From Promethearchaeum syntrophicum (lineage in GTDB: Archaea > Asgardarchaeota > Lokiarchaeia > Sigyniarchaeales > Promethearchaeaceae), in contig NZ_CP042905.2 of the NCBI RefSeq assembly GCF_008000775.2, positions 540,001 through 572,000 of the forward strand: DNA of 32,000 nt, read 5' to 3'. The position numbers and the translations under genes were made by a program. Below are positions 26,789-32,000 of the stretch, one piece after another; position 1 is the stretch's first letter; every line of letters starts with the position of its first letter. The notes below the pieces were generated by a model, which searched no databases, had not been told where the DNA came from, and worked only from the letters and a program-made list of their open reading frames with translations.

Positions 26789-28813
26789 ATGAAAAAAATA
26801 AATTCAGTTTTATTAATTTTGATGATGGCTTTTGGTGCTTTATCTATAGCATTTATTCCATCGTCTAGTGGTAGTGCTGCTACAGAACTACCGGACTATA
26901 TCCCTGTGGATATAGGACCAGACTTTTTCGCAGAGGATGTAGAGCTAGATACCGAAATACTCGGTGCTCCAGCTAGCTCTTATTCAATAGGACCAAGTTC
27001 TGCAGCTCAAAATGTAGGTGATATGGTTGTTGGCTTGCTATACATGAGTGGTGGCTTAGGTTTGACCTATTATGAATGTAGGGCAGTCGGACCAAATACT
27101 GAAATTTGGGTACAAGCTAATTTGGCGTTTCCTGAAGGTGATCCAAGAGAAACACCTGTGATTACTCAGGAACAAGTGGATTATTTATTAGAAGAATTTG
27201 AAAGTAACATCCTCCCAAAAGATACGGACTATTTTGGGGATCCTTATCCACTTGATGGCTCAGATGCACTCTTAGGAGCTTGGGGATACGGAGATTACTA
27301 TGATGAAAACGCAAGAAATATAATAATGATATCTAATGTTCAAGATGATAACTATTTTAATCCCGATTATCCTTATTATGTTGCAGGTTTCTTCTGGTCA
27401 ACTTATGAAGTGTATATGGACAGAAATGTGATTACAATTGATAGTCATGATTGGGAAAATCGAGTCGGTCCTGATGGTGCGCGACCTTATATGTATGAAA
27501 GTACTATTGCGCATGAATATCAACATTTGATTCATTCAGACTTAAATCCAGGTGATGATACATGGATGAATGAAGCTTGTTCATTATTTGCAGAACCTCT
27601 CTGTGGATATCCAATTGATTGGGGGCAAGTATTACGATTCTTAGAGACACCTGACAATTCACTCATTGAATGGGGAGACCAAGGTGATATTAATATTTTA
27701 GCCGATTACGGTTCTTCGTTCCTTTGGGCAATGTACTTGAACGATCACTACGGGGAAGAATTTATTGGTCGATTTGTTGGAGAAGGAATACCAGGGGTAG
27801 CTGGAATTGAAGCAGCATTAGATTACTTTGGATTTGAAGAAAATTTTGATGATGTATATCATGATTGGCGAATTGCAAATCTTCTAGATGCAGAAAGTGG
27901 AAAATATGGTTACAACACTTTCGATTTAAGTGAAGCTGAATATCCACTTTATATCCATGATATGGACAATCAACTATTCAAATGGACTCAAGGAACTGAT
28001 TTTGGAACAACCGTTACCTACGATGATTATGATACCGATGTTTCCATGCTTGGACCTTACGGTACAGATTACATTGGGTATACTGAAGAAAATTGGAATA
28101 AGAATTTCGCAAAATTATACTTTGATGGTGATGATACTGCCTTAGTATATGGATGGGAAAATATCGACGGTGTATGGTATTCTGGAGCAGGAGACCTTAT
28201 GAATACTCTTATTACTGCAGAAACATATGTTGATCCTTTGGATCCTACATTATATCTGAATAGTTATTGGGATATTGAAGATTATTGGGATTTTGGTTTT
28301 GTTCAAGTATCGGATGATGATGGAGAAACATGGACATCCCTTGCAAATGACTATACAACCTCTGATCATGATCCAGGTGCTCACCCAGATGTAGTTGCTA
28401 ATCTTCCAGGAATCACAGAATATGTAGGAGAAGTAGTAGATATGACATTTGATCTTTCACTTTATGCAGGTGAAAATGTACAAATTGGTTTCCGCTATGT
28501 GACCGATTGGGCAACCTTTTATGAGGGTTGGTATATCTTTGATGCAAATGTTGGTGGGGTTTCATTAGATCTTGCAATTGTTTATCCAGATGCTTCATAT
28601 ATGGTTACAGTAGTTGCATATAAAGAAACAGGTGGAGGAACTCATTATATGGTTATGGATTTAGACCTTAATGATGGTAATTTTGGTTCAATTTCATTAT
28701 TGGGTAATTGGGCAGATCATATGGTTTTAATTGTCAGTGCAACTCAACCACAAGGCTTTTCAGATTATTCATTTAGAATTAAACCAGGAAAAGGCACTCA
28801 ATGGATGATGTAA
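26789..28813 (+). CDS. Secreted zinc metallopeptidase, immune-inhibitor-A/M6-like, copy 1
   Basis: Signal peptide MKKINSVLLILMMAFGALSIAFIPSSSG. HEYQHLIHSD...WMNEACSLFAEPLCG gives HExxH plus downstream Glu. InhA-like DDGETWTSL...FDLSLYAGENVQIGFRYVTDWATFYEGWYIFDANVGG module. ATG 26789 preferred over the track start 26765. Confidence 0.85.
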   Translation: MKKINSVLLILMMAFGALSIAFIPSSSGSAATELPDYIPVDIGPDFFAEDVELDTEILGAPASSYSIGPSSAAQNVGDMVVGLLYMSGGLGLTYYECRAVGPNTEIWVQANLAFPEGDPRETPVITQEQVDYLLEEFESNILPKDTDYFGDPYPLDGSDALLGAWGYGDYYDENARNIIMISNVQDDNYFNPDYPYYVAGFFWSTYEVYMDRNVITIDSHDWENRVGPDGARPYMYESTIAHEYQHLIHSDLNPGDDTWMNEACSLFAEPLCGYPIDWGQVLRFLETPDNSLIEWGDQGDINILADYGSSFLWAMYLNDHYGEEFIGRFVGEGIPGVAGIEAALDYFGFEENFDDVYHDWRIANLLDAESGKYGYNTFDLSEAEYPLYIHDMDNQLFKWTQGTDFGTTVTYDDYDTDVSMLGPYGTDYIGYTEENWNKNFAKLYFDGDDTALVYGWENIDGVWYSGAGDLMNTLITAETYVDPLDPTLYLNSYWDIEDYWDFGFVQVSDDDGETWTSLANDYTTSDHDPGAHPDVVANLPGITEYVGEVVDMTFDLSLYAGENVQIGFRYVTDWATFYEGWYIFDANVGGVSLDLAIVYPDASYMVTVVAYKETGGGTHYMVMDLDLNDGNFGSISLLGNWADHMVLIVSATQPQGFSDYSFRIKPGKGTQWMM

Positions 28814-28822
28814 AATAATATA

Positions 28823-28841
28823 CGGAAATGATAAATTTCCG
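28823..28841 (+). terminator. Hairpin CGGAAAT-GATAA-ATTTCCG followed by T-tract
   Basis: 7-bp perfect arms right after the copy 1 stop codon, then 'attttttttt'. Confidence 0.65.
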
Positions 28842-29148
28842 ATTTTTTTTTATTTTTTTATTTTTATTTTATTTACTTTTTCCTTTTATAGTGTGGATAG
28901 ATAGTTTGATTCTTCCATTAATATATCCAATTTTAAATGAATCGTTGTAATTAGCTTGAAGATCAAACATATAGTTAATGCAATTCATTTTCAGCAAAAT
29001 GTTATATAAAAATTCCAAAAAAATGTCAAAAAACCGAAAAAATTAAATACCTACCTCATAAATGTCTTACATCGATGAATTTTTTAGTCGATGGTAAACT
29101 TATTTGGAAAGTTTACAAGAAATTTGACAAAAATTGATTGATAACTCT

Positions 29149-29193
29149 TAGTCTCAAATAGATTGGGGGAAATATGAGATTTATTTGAGACTA
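29149..29193 (+). promoter_or_regulatory. Strong inverted repeat in metallopeptidase copy 2 upstream region (TAGTCTCAAATAGATT ... GAGATTTATTTGAGACTA)
   Basis: 12-bp perfect arms (29149-29160 / 29182-29193), extended by 4 more pairs including two G.T; 13-nt loop. Confidence 0.65.
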
Positions 29194-29209
29194 TAAACGT
29201 GTGATTAAA

Positions 29210-31246
29210 ATGAAAAAAATAAATTCAGTTTTATTAATTTTGATGATGGCTTTTGGTGCTTTATCTATAGCATTTATTCCATCATCTACTGGTAGTGTTT
29301 ATACTGAACTACCAGACTACGAACCACTGGATTTTGGTACTGAAATAAGAAATGCACATTATGAAATTCATCCAGATTTACCATCAATGTCAGCAATATC
29401 TTCTTCAGGTCCAAGATCTGCTGGTGTGGTTGAAGATATAAAATATTTCTTAACGTTAGATAGTTATAATGGATTCTATTTCTTCGACGCATATGAATGT
29501 AGAGCAGTAGGTGATATATCTGAAGTTTGGGTTCAAGTTGACTTAAGTTTTCCAGACGACAGAGAAACTCCTATTATCACTACAGAACAAGTAGAATATT
29601 TGTTAGATGAATTTGAGAATAATATCTATGAAAAAGATACAGAAGTTTTTGGAACACCAGATTTTCACGATGGCAGTAATTCATTATTGTCAGCATGGGG
29701 TAATGTTCCTCCAAATTATTATTATGAAGAATTTGGGAAGAATTTAATCATGGTTTCAAATGTTCGTGATGAAGCATATTATACTCCAGGCTATCCATAT
29801 TACATTGCTGGATTTTACTCTCCATCGTTTGAAGCATATAATGATAGAAATATGATAACAATTGATTCTCATGATTGGGAAAATCGAATGGGTGAAGATG
29901 CAGACCGACCGTTCCTTTATGAAAGCATTATCGCTCATGAATATCAACACTTGATTCATGATGATTACAATCCTTTGGATGAAACATTTATGAATGAAGC
30001 ATGCTCTTTGTATGCAGAACCTCTCTGTGGATATCCAATTGGTTGGGGTCAAGTATTGAGATTTTTAGAGACTCCTGATAATTCCTTAACAGTTTGGGGA
30101 GATCAAGGAGATATTAATATCTTAGCAGATTATGGATCATCTTTCCTATGGGCAATGTATTTAACCGATCATTATACTGTCGGAGAAGAAAATTTTCTAG
30201 GTCATTTTGTTCAATCAAGAATACCTGGAGTTGACGGAATTAATGCAGCTTTAGAATATTTTGGACATGAAGAAGACTTTGATGATGTTTACCATGATTG
30301 GAGAATTGCAAATCTTATTGATGCAGAAAGTGGAAAATATGGTTACACGACTTTTGATTTAGCTGATGCAGAATACCCACTTTATATCAACGATATGGAC
30401 AATCAACTATTCAAATGGACTCAAGGAACTGATTTTGGTACTACCATTACCTATGATGATTATGATACTTATGTGTCGATGCTTGGGCCTTACGGTACTG
30501 ATTATATTGGATACTCTGAAGAAAATTGGAATAAGAATTTCGCAAAATTATACTTTGATGGTGATGATACTGCCATTGTATATGGATGGGAAATGATCGA
30601 TGGTGTATGGTATTCTGGAGCAGATGATCTTATGAATACTCTTATTGCTGCAGAAATTTATGTTGATCCTTTAGATCCTACATTATATATGACCTCATAT
30701 TGGGATATTGAAGATTATTGGGATTTTGGTTTTGTTCAAGTATCTGAAGATGATGGTGAAACATGGACATCCCTTGAGAATGAATATACAACCAGTGATC
30801 ATGATCCTGGTGCTCACCAAAATGTTTTGGACAACCTTCCAGGAATCACAGAATATGTAGGAGAAGTAGTAGATATGACATTTGATCTTTCACTTTATGC
30901 AGGTGAAAATGTACAAATTGGTTTCCGCTATGTGACCGATTGGGCAACCTTTTATGAGGGTTGGTATATCTTTGATGCAAATGTTGGTGGAGTTTCATTA
31001 GATCTTGCAATTGTTTATCCAGATGCTTCATATATGGTTACAGTAGTTGCATATAAAGAAACAGGTGGAGGAACTCATTATATGGTTATGGATTTAGACC
31101 TTAATGATGGTAATTTTGGTTCAATTTCATTATTGGGTAATTGGGCAGATCATATGGTTTTAATTGTCAGTGCAACTCAACCACAAGGCTTTTCAGATTA
31201 TTCATTTAGAATTAAACCAGGAAAAGGCACTCGATGGATGATGTAA
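29210..31246 (+). CDS. Secreted zinc metallopeptidase, immune-inhibitor-A/M6-like, copy 2
   Basis: Same architecture as copy 1 (MKKINSVLLILMMAFGALSIAFIPSSTG..., HEYQHLIHDDYNPLDETFMNEACSLYAEPLCG). The track GTG at 29201 lies in GTGATT, which looks like part of a Shine-Dalgarno, so ATG 29210 is preferred. Confidence 0.85.
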   Translation: MKKINSVLLILMMAFGALSIAFIPSSTGSVYTELPDYEPLDFGTEIRNAHYEIHPDLPSMSAISSSGPRSAGVVEDIKYFLTLDSYNGFYFFDAYECRAVGDISEVWVQVDLSFPDDRETPIITTEQVEYLLDEFENNIYEKDTEVFGTPDFHDGSNSLLSAWGNVPPNYYYEEFGKNLIMVSNVRDEAYYTPGYPYYIAGFYSPSFEAYNDRNMITIDSHDWENRMGEDADRPFLYESIIAHEYQHLIHDDYNPLDETFMNEACSLYAEPLCGYPIGWGQVLRFLETPDNSLTVWGDQGDINILADYGSSFLWAMYLTDHYTVGEENFLGHFVQSRIPGVDGINAALEYFGHEEDFDDVYHDWRIANLIDAESGKYGYTTFDLADAEYPLYINDMDNQLFKWTQGTDFGTTITYDDYDTYVSMLGPYGTDYIGYSEENWNKNFAKLYFDGDDTAIVYGWEMIDGVWYSGADDLMNTLIAAEIYVDPLDPTLYMTSYWDIEDYWDFGFVQVSEDDGETWTSLENEYTTSDHDPGAHQNVLDNLPGITEYVGEVVDMTFDLSLYAGENVQIGFRYVTDWATFYEGWYIFDANVGGVSLDLAIVYPDASYMVTVVAYKETGGGTHYMVMDLDLNDGNFGSISLLGNWADHMVLIVSATQPQGFSDYSFRIKPGKGTRWMM

Positions 31247-31255
31247 AATAATATA

Positions 31256-31274
31256 CGGAAATGATAAATTTCCG
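31256..31274 (+). terminator. Hairpin CGGAAAT-GATAA-ATTTCCG followed by T-tract, duplicate of 28823-28841
   Basis: Identical sequence after the copy 2 stop codon. Confidence 0.65.
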
Positions 31275-31456
31275 ATTTTTTTTTAATTTTTTTTGATTTT
31301 CTTTCCATTTGGTAAACATACTTGATTATATTGAATTTTTCTCACATAAATTAAGAATATTTAATTAATTTTTAAAAACCAGATTTTTGCATTAGAAATG
31401 AACAAAGAAAAAAAGAAAAAAAAAGGTGAATAAAATGAGAAAAACAAGTAATGTGA

Positions 31457-31795
31457 TTAAAATGAATAGTAATGGAGAGCCTCGATTTTACTTCTCAGAT
31501 TCTGGATATGCTGCGAATCCCCTAACTTAAAGGTTCGCATCAAATTCAACGCATCTTTATATAAATCACCAGAAAGTAAACGGTCATCCATTCTTTCACA
31601 ATATTGGGCCATTCGGAGCAATCCGTTGATCAAACTTTTTGGTTCGTTAAAAGTTTTAACAAACTCAATATATTCCTTAAAAACTTCTAAAGATTTTCGG
31701 TATTGATCGGGAGTTTTTTCAAAATATGCAACTTTTTGTTGTAAAGACTGCAATTTATTGATCCGTGCCAAATATTGAATTTGAGAAGTAGACAT
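31457..31795 (-). CDS. Small helical (possibly TPR-like) hypothetical protein
   Basis: 112 aa, charged amphipathic helices (SLINGLLRMAQYCERMDDRLLSGDLYKDALNLMRTF). Confidence 0.55.
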   Translation of the reverse strand: MSTSQIQYLARINKLQSLQQKVAYFEKTPDQYRKSLEVFKEYIEFVKTFNEPKSLINGLLRMAQYCERMDDRLLSGDLYKDALNLMRTFKLGDSQHIQNLRSKIEALHYYSF

Positions 31796-31923
31796 TATCT
31801 ATAATTCAGATTTACTCGTAATGAAATTTCATATCATCAGAATTATATGTGCGTATTATGAAAATCGAAAACTTATTTTTCATTTGATCATTGTAAATAA
31901 TTAGTAATTATCATTACTACCAC

Positions 31924-31996
31924 GCCAAGGTAACCAAGTGGCTAAGGTGCTCGCCTGCAGAGCGGGTTATCGTGGGTTCAAGTCCCTCCCTTGGCT
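31924..31996 (+). tRNA. tRNA-Cys (GCA)
   Basis: Folded by hand: acceptor GCCAAGG/CCTTGGC, anticodon stem CTCGC/GCGGG, loop CTGCAGA with anticodon GCA at 31957-31959, TTCAAGT T-loop, discriminator T. T-stem has one T-T mismatch. CCA not encoded. Confidence 0.9.
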
Positions 31997-32000
31997 TTAT

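Noticed and set aside
28413-28598. Minus-strand ORF inside metallopeptidase copy 1, with a near-identical twin at 30846-31031
   Set aside because: Both are antisense shadows of the near-identical 3' coding tract. Composition (poly-His/Leu/Gln) is a frame artefact. Their similarity only reflects conservation of the sense gene.
29201-29209. GTG start of metallopeptidase copy 2 as given in the track
   Set aside because: The GTGATT sequence resembles a Shine-Dalgarno. Copy 1 has the same 'gtgattaaaATG' arrangement where the conserved signal peptide begins at ATG.

Overview
AT-rich archaeal chromosomal window. Histone-fold genes, archaeal-type Shine-Dalgarno motifs (GGTGA) and the domain repertoire suggest an Asgard-like lineage, but that assignment is inference. 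Left to right: (i) a left-truncated membrane ORF missing from the ORF track, and two paralogous membrane proteins, one with C-terminal zinc ribbons; (ii) a membrane-anchored M28-family peptidase; (iii) two tandem histone genes; (iv) a surface LVIVD-repeat/Ca-binding-repeat protein; (v) an acyl-CoA synthetase; (vi) a putative operon of an Lrp/AsnC regulator, a glutaredoxin-like/longin-like fusion and a DUF711 protein, divergent from an archaeal asparagine-synthetase-A-like gene and a threonine aldolase; (vii) a sugar-related cluster (degenerate GH35, PfkB kinase, GPH-type symporter); (viii) an MFS exporter-like protein, a MoaD/ThiS-like protein ending in GG and an IS4-like transposase; (ix) an unknown membrane protein, an SCP2-domain protein and a patatin; (x) a tandem pair of large secreted HExxH metallopeptidases; (xi) tRNA-Cys(GCA). 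The strongest second-look items are a GH35-like protein whose canonical active-site residues appear replaced, covarying inverted repeats upstream of both metallopeptidase copies together with a near-identical 3' tract, the AsnC/AsnA-like divergent layout with two perfect inverted repeats between the genes, and the glutaredoxin-like/longin-like fusion. I did not find a CRISPR array, a clear defence island or a phage module.
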